Source: Lentisphaeria bacterium (lineage in GTDB: Bacteria > Verrucomicrobiota > Lentisphaeria > JABSQK01 > JAWLHB01). From it: a stretch of DNA of 57,934 nucleotides. The stretch lies in the NCBI GenBank assembly GCA_041690595.1, contig JAWLHB010000049.1, positions 1 to 57,934 of the forward strand, written 5' to 3'. Made by a program: the position numbers and the translations under genes. Below, piece after piece: positions 18,465 to 28,789 of this stretch (position 1 is the first letter of the stretch; every line of letters begins with the position of its first letter). Below the pieces are notes generated by a model. The model was not told the origin of the DNA. It saw only the letters and a list, made by a program, of their open reading frames with translations, and did no database searches.

Positions 18465-20126
18465 TTGGAACTACCGACCATGTCACTTCACCCTTGCCAT
18501 GAAGGCATTTCAGGCGCAATGTCTCCAGATGGTCGCTCCGGCAACGAGAATGCCGAGGGGCTGGTGTGGAGTGATTGCGAAAGCCAGTTGCACCAGATCT
18601 TCGCGAATGCGCCAATCCCCATCCTCCTGTGGACCGCGGCGGACGGCAAGATCCAGGCGATCAACAAAGCCTTCACGCGCATCACGGGGTATCGGCTGGA
18701 GGACATTCCGACCAAACAGGCGTGGATGAGCATGGCTCTGGAGCTCGATGAGGAAGCCGCGCTGGCACTCCTGCGGGATGAACTGAAGCAATTGACGGCA
18801 TCGCAGGAGATTGCCGAACAGGAGATCACCGTGCGCACGCGCGACGGGAAGTACCGCAACTGGATTCTCCGCTGTACGCCGCCGCTGCCGCTGCACGATG
18901 GCCAGCAACTGATCGCGTCCATGGCTCTGGACATCACCGCGCAGTTGCAGACTCAGGAGTGCATTCGCCGTCATGGGGAAGAGATGGAGCGCCGCGTGGC
19001 GAGGCGCACGGAGGATCTCGCCCGTCAGTCGCAGCAACTGCGGCTGCTTGCGGCGGCCTTGACGGAAACGGAGCAGCGCGAGCGGCGCCGAATGGCGCAC
19101 ATCATTCATGACGATTTGCAGCAGCTTCTGGCAGCCGCCAAGATGAGCATCGCCAGATTGCGCGGCCAGCGAGATGCGGAGAAGCTGGTGAGCGGCATCC
19201 GGGAAGCTGGTCGAATCCTGGATGAAGCGATGCAGGTGGCCCAGAACCTGAGCAAGCAGCTTCGGCCGCCAGTGCTGTATGAGCGTGGTCTGAAGGCAGC
19301 GCTGGAATGGTTGGCGGAAGCTTTTTCGAAGCAGTACGACCTGCAGTTGGTGCTGAACCTGCGTGAGGAGGCCGAACCGGAGCAGGATCACCTCAAGGCT
19401 TTCCTCTTCGAGGCGGTGCGAGAGTTGCTTTTCAACATCGTCAAGTATGCGGATGTCTCGCAGGCGGAAGTTGTGCTGGAAGGTGGAGCCGGTCAGTTGC
19501 ACGTTTGCGTGACGGATACAGGAAGAGGCTTCGACCCTGCTCAGATTGACCAGGGCGGCGGCGGTTTCGGCTTGTTCAGCATCCGGGAGCGGCTCACGGC
19601 CCTGGGTGGGAAGATGGTGCTCGATGCGCAGGTGGGTCGCGGGGCGCGGATTCATCTGTACGTCCCTACGACCTCGGCTCAGAGTGGTTTGGACGTGAAA
19701 AAGGAGCCTGTCGGCAGCGAGGATGCGGCGAAGCTTCACAAGGAAGCAAAGGTCGTCATCGTCAGCGCAAGGCCTCTGCTGCGGCACCTTCTGGAGCGGT
19801 TCGTGGCCGAAGTGACGTGCTGTCAACTCATCTGCGTTTGCACGACCGCGGAGCAGGCGCTTGGCTGCCTGCGGGAAGGTGGGCATGCGGCGATTCTCAT
19901 CGATGAACAGCTATCTGGAGTTGACATTTTCGATTTTGTCGGCACATTGTCATTGAGAAACATGCGGTTATACACGATTGTGCTTGTTGGGGACGGCGAT
20001 CCGGAGCAGATGCGACGATTCAAGCAGGTCGGCGCCTCTGAGGTCATCTCATTCGATGATGCGCCGGAGAGAATAGTAGAGACCCTGACACGTCTTGGAC
20101 AGGAAGTGAGCGATGCAGAGCAGTAG
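18465..20126 (+). CDS. PAS histidine kinase (HisKA_3 type) with degenerate C-terminal receiver domain; start uncertain (18465/18480/18519)
   Basis: 'ERRRMAHIIHDDLQQ', 'LRP', 'ELLFNIVKYA', 'DTGRGF' and 'GFGL.SIRER'. Confidence 0.88.
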   Translation: MELPTMSLHPCHEGISGAMSPDGRSGNENAEGLVWSDCESQLHQIFANAPIPILLWTAADGKIQAINKAFTRITGYRLEDIPTKQAWMSMALELDEEAALALLRDELKQLTASQEIAEQEITVRTRDGKYRNWILRCTPPLPLHDGQQLIASMALDITAQLQTQECIRRHGEEMERRVARRTEDLARQSQQLRLLAAALTETEQRERRRMAHIIHDDLQQLLAAAKMSIARLRGQRDAEKLVSGIREAGRILDEAMQVAQNLSKQLRPPVLYERGLKAALEWLAEAFSKQYDLQLVLNLREEAEPEQDHLKAFLFEAVRELLFNIVKYADVSQAEVVLEGGAGQLHVCVTDTGRGFDPAQIDQGGGGFGLFSIRERLTALGGKMVLDAQVGRGARIHLYVPTTSAQSGLDVKKEPVGSEDAAKLHKEAKVVIVSARPLLRHLLERFVAEVTCCQLICVCTTAEQALGCLREGGHAAILIDEQLSGVDIFDFVGTLSLRNMRLYTIVLVGDGDPEQMRRFKQVGASEVISFDDAPERIVETLTRLGQEVSDAEQ

Positions 20127-20154
20127 TGACAGCTGTGGCAGGGGTTAGATACGT

Positions 20155-20790
20155 ATGCAAGCCCCTCGAATACTAATTATCGACGATCATGTGATCTTCC
20201 GCAAAGGGCTGAAAGCGCTCCTTGCGGACGCCTATCCCAATGCGGTATTCGGGGAGGCGGACTCTGCCAGCAAGGCGCATTCGCTCATCATGAGCAAGGC
20301 GTGGAGCCTGATTCTTCTGGACATCGCGCTGCCTGGCCGCAGCGGTCTGGATGTGCTCAAGGAGATCAAGGCACGCAATGCACAGCAACGGGTTCTCGTG
20401 CTCAGCATGCATGCGGAGAAAGACTATGGTGTGCGCGTCCTGCGCAGTGGCGCATCCGGCTACGTCACCAAGTCGAGCGAACCCGATGAAGTACTGCTGG
20501 CGGTGAACCGTGTTCTCACCGGCAAGCGTTACGTCAGCCCGGAGCTGGCAGAGGAGCTGGCGGTACATGTGGAGCAGGGCGCCAACGGGGTTCCCCACGA
20601 GCAGCTCTCCGACCGTGAATACGAAGTCCTGCGGCTGATCGCCTCAGGAATGAGCGTCAGTCAGATCGCCGACAAACTGCTGTTGAGTGTAAAGACGATC
20701 AGCACCTATCGCTCGCGCATGCTTCAGAAGATGAACATGCAGAACAACGCCGAGTTGACGGCCTACGCGCACCGCCATAACCTGGTCTGA
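20155..20790 (+). CDS. NarL/FixJ (UvrY/GacA-like) response regulator
   Basis: 'IDDH', 'LDIALPGRSG' and LuxR HTH 'LSDREYEVL..SVKTISTYR'. Confidence 0.93.
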   Translation: MQAPRILIIDDHVIFRKGLKALLADAYPNAVFGEADSASKAHSLIMSKAWSLILLDIALPGRSGLDVLKEIKARNAQQRVLVLSMHAEKDYGVRVLRSGASGYVTKSSEPDEVLLAVNRVLTGKRYVSPELAEELAVHVEQGANGVPHEQLSDREYEVLRLIASGMSVSQIADKLLLSVKTISTYRSRMLQKMNMQNNAELTAYAHRHNLV

Positions 20791-20826
20791 CGGCAACCCG
20801 CGATACGGGCTTGCGTCGGTTTTTTT
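20789..20826 (+). terminator. Probable intrinsic terminator
   Basis: Imperfect stem GAC(G)GCAA-CCCG..CGGG-(C)TTGC-GTC followed by a T7 run. Confidence 0.5.
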
Positions 20827-21125
20827 CTTCGTCTTTTCGCGGGTTTGAGCGTATGTAGGACGAAGGCTTACAGGATTAACTATGTGCTTCCGACGCGGTT
20901 ATGGCGTGTTGCGACAAACACGTTTCGAGATGGCGTCGTATTGTAAAGATGTAACAAGCCGCCGATCCTTCTGACAGCGTGTGTCCGGATCGGGTCTGTT
21001 GGGAAGAGTTCAGATGCTACATAACAACGGGTGATGCCGCGGTCCCTGGCTCTTGGGCAGGTCAGAGGTCGTGCGCATGGCCAAGGAACGAACGCTTGAA
21101 AACGCTCCACTTGGAAGACATCATC

Positions 21126-22961
21126 ATGCAAGAAGCTCCAAAGCCCGGTACGCTGCGCATTCGCGGCGTGGCGGTATCTCCAGGCATAGCGTCCGGAAAG
21201 GTTTTTTCTCTGCCCACACTCAAAGAGGAACTGGATCCCCTTTCGCATATCGCCCCTGCACAGATCCCCGCGGAGCTTCAACGTCTCGAACTGGCGTTTG
21301 AAGATGCCATCGCCGAACTGCGTGCGCTGCGCGAGATCGCCGACAACAACGATCTCGGGTGTGTCACCCACGATATTCTTTCTGCTCATGAGATGCTTCT
21401 CCAGGACAGTTCGCTGCGCAAGAGCATTCAGCAGCGCATCTGCAATCAGCTGTTTCCTGCCCAGCGTGCGGTCAACGAGGCCGTGCAGGCAGTGATCAAC
21501 GTCACCTGCACGGCGACTGCATTCTGGCGCGCCCGCCAGACCGACTTTGAGGATATTCGCGAGCGCCTCATCAGCCATCTGAATGGAAAGGCCAGTTCCA
21601 GTGAGACACTGGAGGTCCCCGCCGACTGCATTCTGGTCGCCCGCGACCTGCTTCCCTGCCAGATGATCGCGCTGGCTCAGGATCGTGTCAAAGCGGTGGT
21701 TACCGAAGAAGGTTCGCCCACCTCGCACGTGACTATCATCGCCCGAAGCTGGGGGGTTCCCGCGGTCGTCGGCGCCACGGATATCTGCAGTGAAGTGGAG
21801 AGTGGGGAGACGCTGAGGGTGGATGGCTTTACGGGCCAGATCGAGCGGCTGTCGGACGGCCAAAAGGAGCATCCGGTTGCGTTGGCAGCCACGGATTGCG
21901 ACGATCATGGGGAGTTGCCCGACCGCGATGACGGCCTCCTCAGCCAAATCTGTCTCCTGGGAAATGTCAACAGGATCGACGACCTGCCCCTGCTCAAGTC
22001 TCAGAAGCTGCAGGGGATTGGCCTCTATCGTACCGAATTCTTCTATCTGCATTCGCTGATGCCCCCCAATCTCGCCCAGCAGACGCGGGATTATTCGCGA
22101 GCGGCCATCGCCACCGCCCCGGACGAAACCGTTATCCGAACGTTCGACTTCAGCCGCGAGAAATGGCCGGTTTTCTGGGGCAACCGTTCGTCTCAACTGG
22201 TGGAAAGCGAACGCAGCTGCCTCTTCAACGAGCAATTGCTGGCGCTTCTTCGCTGCTATCGCTCCTGTGGCAACGTCGCGATCATGTTTCCGATGATCGA
22301 GAGCGTCTCCCAGTTGGACAACTATCTGATGCGGCTGGAGCGTATCGCGGAACGGATCGGCCTCGATTCGTTGCCGATGATCGGCGCGATGATCGAAACG
22401 CTGCCGGCAGTCGAGCAACTGCCGGAGATCATCCGCCGTGTTGACTTCCTCAGCATCGGCAGCAACGACCTGGCAAGTCAGCTGCTGGGCGTCGATCGCA
22501 CTGGCGCCACGCTTCACGACGCGCGCCGCTGGCTGATGGAACCGCGCCTGCTGAAGGTTGTTTCGCACATCATCGACATGGCACGCGAGAGCAACTGCCC
22601 GCTGAGTCTGTGCGGAGAAGCCGCCGGCGATCCCATTCTCGCCACTCTATTCGTGGGTCTCGGTCTCCGTCGCCTCTCCATCAGTCCGCTGCGAGTGCGG
22701 GAGGTCCGGCGTGCCCTTTCCCGCATCTCGATGCAGCAGGCTCAGTCGGTGGCGAGCCACGCGCTGAAGGCGGAAACGCTGGCGGAGGTCGTCAATTCAC
22801 TCGTTCATTACCTGCCCGACGATGTCCTCCATATTGTCAGCAATCATCGGTGGGAATGGTACCCCGACAGCAATGCCTCCCGTCGCAACCGCAACATGTC
22901 CACCCCGACCGCACCGGCTTCGAACGTTTCGACCAGTGTCTTGTCGAAGGAACAATTCTGA
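21126..22961 (+). CDS. PTS enzyme I-like phosphoenolpyruvate-protein phosphotransferase
   Basis: Phospho-His motif 'TSHVTIIARS.GVPAVVG', plus 'GIGLYRTEF', 'MFPMI', 'SIGSNDL' and 'CGEAAGDP'. Confidence 0.88.
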   Translation: MQEAPKPGTLRIRGVAVSPGIASGKVFSLPTLKEELDPLSHIAPAQIPAELQRLELAFEDAIAELRALREIADNNDLGCVTHDILSAHEMLLQDSSLRKSIQQRICNQLFPAQRAVNEAVQAVINVTCTATAFWRARQTDFEDIRERLISHLNGKASSSETLEVPADCILVARDLLPCQMIALAQDRVKAVVTEEGSPTSHVTIIARSWGVPAVVGATDICSEVESGETLRVDGFTGQIERLSDGQKEHPVALAATDCDDHGELPDRDDGLLSQICLLGNVNRIDDLPLLKSQKLQGIGLYRTEFFYLHSLMPPNLAQQTRDYSRAAIATAPDETVIRTFDFSREKWPVFWGNRSSQLVESERSCLFNEQLLALLRCYRSCGNVAIMFPMIESVSQLDNYLMRLERIAERIGLDSLPMIGAMIETLPAVEQLPEIIRRVDFLSIGSNDLASQLLGVDRTGATLHDARRWLMEPRLLKVVSHIIDMARESNCPLSLCGEAAGDPILATLFVGLGLRRLSISPLRVREVRRALSRISMQQAQSVASHALKAETLAEVVNSLVHYLPDDVLHIVSNHRWEWYPDSNASRRNRNMSTPTAPASNVSTSVLSKEQF

Positions 22962-23163
22962 ACATCCCCCCGAGATGATGCCGGCTCGCTTGTTCACCGC
23001 ATGGCAGGCGGGCCGGCATCCTTCCCAAGGAGACATCCCCCCGAGATGATGCCGGCTCGCTTGTTTACCGCATGGCAGGCGGGCCGGCATCCTTCCCAAG
23101 GAGACATCCCCCGAGATGATGCCGGCTCGCTTGTTTACCGCATGGCAGGCGGGCCGGCATCCT
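22962..23163. repeat. Three tandem 70-71-bp hairpin repeats
   Basis: Units start at 22962, 23033 and 23104; each holds GATGCCGGCTCGCTTG..CAGGCGGGCCGGCATC. Confidence 0.92.
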
Positions 23164-23260
23164 TTGTTACATCAGGCGCTTTCAGCATGTTTGGGAGACT
23201 CCTGCTTTCTTACGCCAACAGGAGATGCTACATTCAGGGCCTGTAACAGGGGATCCCCAC

Positions 23261-24931
23261 ATGTTCATGGTGATATTTGAGGTTTTCGGTGGGCTGGCCC
23301 TCTTCATCTTCGGCCTCAGCCTGATGACCGATGGACTTCGTCAGGCCGCCGGTAACAGCCTGCGCACGATCATAGGGCGCTCGACGCGCAACCGCTTCTT
23401 CGGTGTCGGCATCGGAACCTTGCTAGGTCTGCTCATGCACAGCTCCGGCGCCACGGTGATGTACGTCGGCTTTATCAATGCCGGCCTGATGACGCTCATG
23501 CAGTCGGTTCCGCTTATTTTTGGCGCCAACATCGGCACCAGCCTGTCGATGCAGCTCATCTCCATCCGCCTGGGCGACTACGCGTATATGTTGATTGCGC
23601 TGGGCTTTCTTCTGCGGATTGCGGCTCCGCGGCAGGTGCTCAAGCATGCGGGCACCGGCCTGCTGGGCTTCGGGATACTCTTTCTCGGCATGAACGTCAT
23701 GAGCGGGGCGATCGCGCCCCATCGCGAGCTGCTGCTTCCTTATCTGGCTCATATCGACGGCACCACCTTCATCGGCATGGTGGCCGGCGTCGGTCTGGCC
23801 GCGCTCTTCACGGGCATCATTCAAAGCAGCGGCGCCATGATCGGGATGGCCTTTGCGTTGATCGGTTCCGGGGTGCTGACCAACCTCACGCAGGTCTACC
23901 CGATCGTGCTCGGTGCTCATATCGGCACCTGCATCACGGCGATCCTCGCCAGCACCGGCACGAACATCAACGCCAGGCGCTGTGCGCTGGCCCATCTCTC
24001 CTTCAACATCGTCAATGTCACCGTCGCCATCCTCGCGGCGCCGCTGCTGATCCCGTTCATGCAATGGCTGAGTACCGACCTCACCCGCCAGGCAGCCAAT
24101 CTGCACACCACCGTGATGATTCTGGGCACCCTGGTGCTGCTCCCGATCACCCGGCAGTTCACCCGCCTCGTCGAGCGGCTCTTTCGCTCCGCAACGCCAG
24201 CCCCCGAACCCAGTTATCTCGACCGCGAACTCCTGGCCAGGCCGGAAAGCGCCATTTCCGCGGTACTCAGCGAGCTGCGGCGTGTCAGCGGCATCTGCCA
24301 GCAGAGCCTCGTCCTCAACCGCGACATCTTCAAGCGCCATGACAGGACCAAGGTCAAGCAAATTCGCCTCAATGAACAGATCGTTGACGAGGTGAAGATT
24401 GAGACGCGGCTCTACCTGCTCGACATGACGCGCCGGTACCTGTCGCGGCGGCAGACCCTTTTTATCGAGAATCTTCAGCAGGTGATCACGCATATCGAAC
24501 GCATACATGACCATCTCGATGCTCTCTGCGATATTTCCGCCAAGCGCCACCGTATTCATGCGGACGCTCTCGATGAGGAAGCCAACGCCAACATCCGGCC
24601 TCTCCTCTACCAGGTGGAAAAGATGCTCTACCTGCTCCGCGAATCCTTTCATCCCGAGAACGCCAGGAGCGGTGATATCCCTGAGCAGATCGTCGAGGCC
24701 AGGCGGCTCCTTCTCGATGACATCGCCGATGTCAACGAGTCTTACCAGAAGCAGATCGCCGCCCATACCATCCCCGCCCTCCGCGGTCTCCTGGTCAATG
24801 AGTACCTCAGCACCATCGAGCGCCTCACGAATCATGCTCAGGTCATCGCCAACTACGAACGGCAAGCAGACTGGCGGCTCAAGCGAAAGAAGCTCGATCG
24901 TGTCGCGCCCGAGTTGGATCCCTATCTGTAG
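23261..24931 (+). CDS. Na/Pi cotransporter family protein with PhoU-like C-terminus
   Basis: 'GGLALFIFG', H/QSS repeats, GANIGT and GAHIGT motifs, helical C-terminal domain. Confidence 0.9.
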   Translation: MFMVIFEVFGGLALFIFGLSLMTDGLRQAAGNSLRTIIGRSTRNRFFGVGIGTLLGLLMHSSGATVMYVGFINAGLMTLMQSVPLIFGANIGTSLSMQLISIRLGDYAYMLIALGFLLRIAAPRQVLKHAGTGLLGFGILFLGMNVMSGAIAPHRELLLPYLAHIDGTTFIGMVAGVGLAALFTGIIQSSGAMIGMAFALIGSGVLTNLTQVYPIVLGAHIGTCITAILASTGTNINARRCALAHLSFNIVNVTVAILAAPLLIPFMQWLSTDLTRQAANLHTTVMILGTLVLLPITRQFTRLVERLFRSATPAPEPSYLDRELLARPESAISAVLSELRRVSGICQQSLVLNRDIFKRHDRTKVKQIRLNEQIVDEVKIETRLYLLDMTRRYLSRRQTLFIENLQQVITHIERIHDHLDALCDISAKRHRIHADALDEEANANIRPLLYQVEKMLYLLRESFHPENARSGDIPEQIVEARRLLLDDIADVNESYQKQIAAHTIPALRGLLVNEYLSTIERLTNHAQVIANYERQADWRLKRKKLDRVAPELDPYL

Positions 24932-24962
24932 GTTCCCGCGATCCCACACCTTTCTCCACTTG

Positions 24963-24990
24963 TTGATTATTCCGTCCCGGTCGTTATACT
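24963..24990 (+). promoter_or_regulatory. Predicted sigma70 promoter for the sugar catabolism cluster
   Basis: TTGATT-N16-TATACT upstream of 25031. Confidence 0.4.
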
Positions 24991-25030
24991 AACCCTTTCC
25001 CTCATTCAGGATCAGTAAACTCGAGGTATC

Positions 25031-26086
25031 ATGCACAAGCTCAACGTCGCCTATATTGGCTGGTTTTCATACGATAAGACCGATTTCAGCACGCCCTATG
25101 CGGTCTGCGATATCAACGAAGAGAAGGTGAAGTCGTTCGTCGCGGCACATCCAGAGGTCAAGGGGGTGACGGACTATCGGCAATTGGCGGCGGATCCCGC
25201 GGTGGATGTCGTCATCATCTCCAGCCCGAACTGGCTTCACTGCGAGATGGTGGAGGCCTTCATGGGCGCGGGCAAGCATGTCTTCTGTGAGAAGCCGATG
25301 GGCATCAACCGCGACGAGATGAACCGCATGCTCCTGGCGCAGCGAGCAAGCGGCAAACAACTTGCGATCGATTTCGAGATGCGCGTATCTCTTGGCCCGA
25401 TACGCCTCAAGGAGATCCTCGACGGCGGTGAACTCGGCACGATCCGCGGCATCGAATTCATTCACCACCGGGGGGGCTGGTTGGCGCAAGGGAACGGCAT
25501 CTGGCGCACGGACCCGGCGAGAAGTGGCGGCCTGTATTTCATGGAGCCGTGCCACGAAGTCGACATCTTCAGGTTCCTCCTGGGTGAGATTACCCACGTC
25601 CAAAGCTTCCGCATGCAGAACACGATGTCGCAGTATCCGGAGACCATGCCCGACAACATGTACTCGTTCTTCTTCTTCGAGAGCGGCGCGATAGGGACGA
25701 TCGCCACCTCCCACAAGCTCAGCGTTCATACTGCCGCCATGGACCAGTATGACGAGCTTGGGCACGACATGAACTTCGTCATCTATGGGGACAAGGGCGC
25801 ACTGAGGTTCAACTGCATTACGAACCGCCTGCTCATCGTCAAGAACATCCAGTTCCCGCCCGGCAGCAATGGGGTCAGGATCGAGCTGGATCGCATCGAG
25901 CAGTTGGACAGCAAGTCGCACCACAATATCGAAGCGAATCGTCTTGCGTTCCTGCAGGCCTGTGCCGAAGGGAGGCCCCACGTTCAGGATGCCGAAGACG
26001 CCTGGCGCACCCATTGCGTCTGCCTCGCCGCCGAAGAATCGGCCCTCTCGCATTTTGAGAAGCTGAACGTGGATTACTCCCTCTGA
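25031..26086 (+). CDS. Gfo/Idh/MocA family oxidoreductase
   Basis: 'DVVIISSPN.LH', 'GKHVFCEKP' and 'SGG....CHEVD'. Confidence 0.88.
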   Translation: MHKLNVAYIGWFSYDKTDFSTPYAVCDINEEKVKSFVAAHPEVKGVTDYRQLAADPAVDVVIISSPNWLHCEMVEAFMGAGKHVFCEKPMGINRDEMNRMLLAQRASGKQLAIDFEMRVSLGPIRLKEILDGGELGTIRGIEFIHHRGGWLAQGNGIWRTDPARSGGLYFMEPCHEVDIFRFLLGEITHVQSFRMQNTMSQYPETMPDNMYSFFFFESGAIGTIATSHKLSVHTAAMDQYDELGHDMNFVIYGDKGALRFNCITNRLLIVKNIQFPPGSNGVRIELDRIEQLDSKSHHNIEANRLAFLQACAEGRPHVQDAEDAWRTHCVCLAAEESALSHFEKLNVDYSL

Positions 26087-26096
26087 AGGAATCGCT

Positions 26097-27740
26097 ATGT
26101 CGGACAGTATCCCGAAGTCGCCCCTGCACGCCGAAGCTGAGCATGTCGGCCGCTGGCGCGACCTGAAGTTCGGACTTATGATGCACTGGGGGCTCTACTC
26201 CGTGGCGGGCGGCGTCTGGAAAGACGAAAAGATCCCCGGCTACAACGAGCAGATCATGCACCGTGCCAGGATTCCATGGCCGGAGTACGAATCGCTCACG
26301 GAGGGCTTCACCGCCAACGAATGGGATCCCGACTACATCACGGAGCTGGCCGAAGCGGCCGGCATGAACTACGTGGTTCTGACCGCCAAGCACCACGATG
26401 GCTTCAACCTCTGGCACACCCGACTCTCCGACTTCAACGTGGTCGATGCCACTCCAGCGGGCAGAGACGTCACGCGTCTTCTTGCCGATGCATGCGTACG
26501 CCGGAAGCTCCACCTCGGCCTCTATTATTCGCTCATCGACTGGCACTATCCCGGTGCCTTGCCCATGAGCAACCACAACTCGGATGCTGTCTCGCCGGCC
26601 CTCGAAGCCTACACCGCCGGGCAGCTCCGCGAGCTGCTCACGGGCTACGGGCCGCTCTGTGAAATCTGGTTCGACATGGGCAAGCCCACCCTCGAGCAGA
26701 GCCAGGCATTTGCCGACCTTGTGCACGAACTCCAGCCCGAGTGCATGGTCAGCGGCCGTATCTGGAATGGACAGGACGACTTCATGGAGTGCGGGGACAA
26801 CGAGGTCCCCGAGATCTGGGTGGAAGGCCCATGGGAATCGTCCTCCAGCATCTTCCACGATACCTGGGGCTACCGCTCCTGGCAAGAGCGTGAGGATGTG
26901 GAAGGCAAGGTGCGGGAGAAGATTCGCGAGCTGGCGATGGTCGTCGCGAGAGGGGGCAACTACCTTCTCAACATCGGCCCGAGAGGCGATGGATCCATTG
27001 TCGACTTCGATGCCGACGTCCTGCGCGGCATCGGCCGCTGGGTGAAGGCCAACAAGCGGGCCATCTTCCACTCGACTCCCCTCCCCCACCTCAATCTCGA
27101 GTATGGTTACGCAACGCGCACGCCTGGACACATCCATCTCTTTGTCACGGCCCCACCCACGGATGGCCTCCTCCGCATTCCTGGATGGGTGACATCCTGC
27201 CCCACCGCGCGCGTGGCCAGCACCACCCTCGACTGCGCCGTAAGTGACGGTTCGGTTGTCATCACGTTACCCGGCCATGCCGTCGATCCGAACCTGACGG
27301 TGGTCACCGTTGCGCACGATGGCGATCATCCCTTCATTCCGGAGAAGGCCATCCGCCTCAGCAGCGGCCACTCCGCCTCCCTGCCGGCGGCGGCCAACCT
27401 GGCCTGGCACCGCATCGTCGGCAACGACTACTACAGCCTGCGCAAGTACGTCGCCACCCGCGAATGGCTCCTCTGGCCTTCCGCTGCCGGCACCTGGCAG
27501 CTTGTCGCGCGCCGCTCGTCAGGGGGTAAGGTAGCAGGTTTTGTCCTTACCGTCGGGGACCGGAGCGTGCCATTCATCTTTCCCGAAAGCGACCGGCCCC
27601 AGGAGCAGGCCTGCATCTGCATTGCCTGCCAAGCCGGCCAACCGCTCACCGTCCAGCTGAGCGCGATCATCCCCCACGCCGAGTTGGCCGATCAGGGACT
27701 CACCCTCGAGCTGATACCTGCCACATCCAACCAGGGATGA
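26097..27740 (+). CDS. Alpha-L-fucosidase (GH29), cytoplasmic
   Basis: 'KFGLMMHWGLYS', 'TAKHHDGF.LW', 'YYS..DW', WFD nucleophile and 'GNYLLNIGP..DG'; no signal peptide. Confidence 0.9.
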   Translation: MSDSIPKSPLHAEAEHVGRWRDLKFGLMMHWGLYSVAGGVWKDEKIPGYNEQIMHRARIPWPEYESLTEGFTANEWDPDYITELAEAAGMNYVVLTAKHHDGFNLWHTRLSDFNVVDATPAGRDVTRLLADACVRRKLHLGLYYSLIDWHYPGALPMSNHNSDAVSPALEAYTAGQLRELLTGYGPLCEIWFDMGKPTLEQSQAFADLVHELQPECMVSGRIWNGQDDFMECGDNEVPEIWVEGPWESSSSIFHDTWGYRSWQEREDVEGKVREKIRELAMVVARGGNYLLNIGPRGDGSIVDFDADVLRGIGRWVKANKRAIFHSTPLPHLNLEYGYATRTPGHIHLFVTAPPTDGLLRIPGWVTSCPTARVASTTLDCAVSDGSVVITLPGHAVDPNLTVVTVAHDGDHPFIPEKAIRLSSGHSASLPAAANLAWHRIVGNDYYSLRKYVATREWLLWPSAAGTWQLVARRSSGGKVAGFVLTVGDRSVPFIFPESDRPQEQACICIACQAGQPLTVQLSAIIPHAELADQGLTLELIPATSNQG

Positions 27741-28789
27741 TCATGCCACCTCTTTTCGACGTCAAAGCTGTCGACCGCCGCTGCTACGAGGAAGAGCTTC
27801 GCGATTGGCTGCCGGATCAACTCTTCGATGTCCATGTCCACTGCTGGCTCCGTTCTCTGCAAACGCAGCAGGAGTCGGACAAGCGCACGGTCTCCTGGCC
27901 GCATCTCGTGGCCGCCGAGAATCCGATCGAGCATCTTCTGGAGAGCTACCGCCTCTTCTTTCCCGGCAAGGAATGCGGTGCCCTCATCTTCTCCATGGTG
28001 CGCCCCGGCGATCCCTTCGATCCGCTCAACGACTATGTCGCCAAGGTCGTTCGCGAGCATGACAATTACGAAGGTCTCCTCTTTGCTCATCCTCAGTGGA
28101 GTGCCGAGACCTTCGAGCAGAAGATTCTGGATGGCGGCTTCCGCGGCGCCAAAGTCTACCTCAACCACAGCCCCGCCTATCTGCCGGTCGACGAACTCCG
28201 CATCTTCGACTTTCTCCCCCACCATCAGCTCGACGTTCTCGATCGCCATGGCTGGGTCGTCATGCTCCACATCCCCCGCCATGCCCGCCTCCGCGATCCC
28301 GTCAATCTGCATCAGATGCTCGAGATCGAGCAGCGCTACCCGCGGGTCAAGGTGATCATCGCCCACGTCGGCCGCGCCTATTGCGCCGAGGATGTCGGCG
28401 ACGCCTTCCGCATCCTTGCGCCGACGGAGCGCATGCTCTTCGACTTCAGCGCCAACACCAATGCCGGCGTTTTCGGCCAGCTGCTCGACGCGGTCGGGCC
28501 CAAGCGGGTCCTCTTTGGCTCGGATCTTCCGATCACCCGCATGCGCATGCGCCGCATCGAGCGCGACGGCCGCTACCTCAACCTCGTCCCTCCCCGACTC
28601 TACGGCGATGTCTCCAACGACCCCAACATGGCCGAAGTCTCCCCCGAGGATGCCGACCAACTCACCTGGTTCATCTACGAGGAGCTGCGCGCCTTCCGAG
28701 TCGCCGCCGACGCCGCCGGCCTGACCATGGCCGACCGCCGCGACATCTTCCACGATAACGCAAGGCGCATCCTGGCTGGCGAGCCGTAG
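27737..28789 (+). CDS. Amidohydrolase family protein
   Basis: DVHVH, 'MLHIP', 'IAHVGR' and 'LFGSDLP'; ATGA overlap with the GH29 gene. Confidence 0.85.
   Translation: MIMPPLFDVKAVDRRCYEEELRDWLPDQLFDVHVHCWLRSLQTQQESDKRTVSWPHLVAAENPIEHLLESYRLFFPGKECGALIFSMVRPGDPFDPLNDYVAKVVREHDNYEGLLFAHPQWSAETFEQKILDGGFRGAKVYLNHSPAYLPVDELRIFDFLPHHQLDVLDRHGWVVMLHIPRHARLRDPVNLHQMLEIEQRYPRVKVIIAHVGRAYCAEDVGDAFRILAPTERMLFDFSANTNAGVFGQLLDAVGPKRVLFGSDLPITRMRMRRIERDGRYLNLVPPRLYGDVSNDPNMAEVSPEDADQLTWFIYEELRAFRVAADAAGLTMADRRDIFHDNARRILAGEP

Noticed and set aside
22962..23163. Mini-CRISPR or small ORFs in the 71-bp triplet
   Set aside because: The sequence between hairpins is identical rather than spacer-like, and the period is not a multiple of 3.
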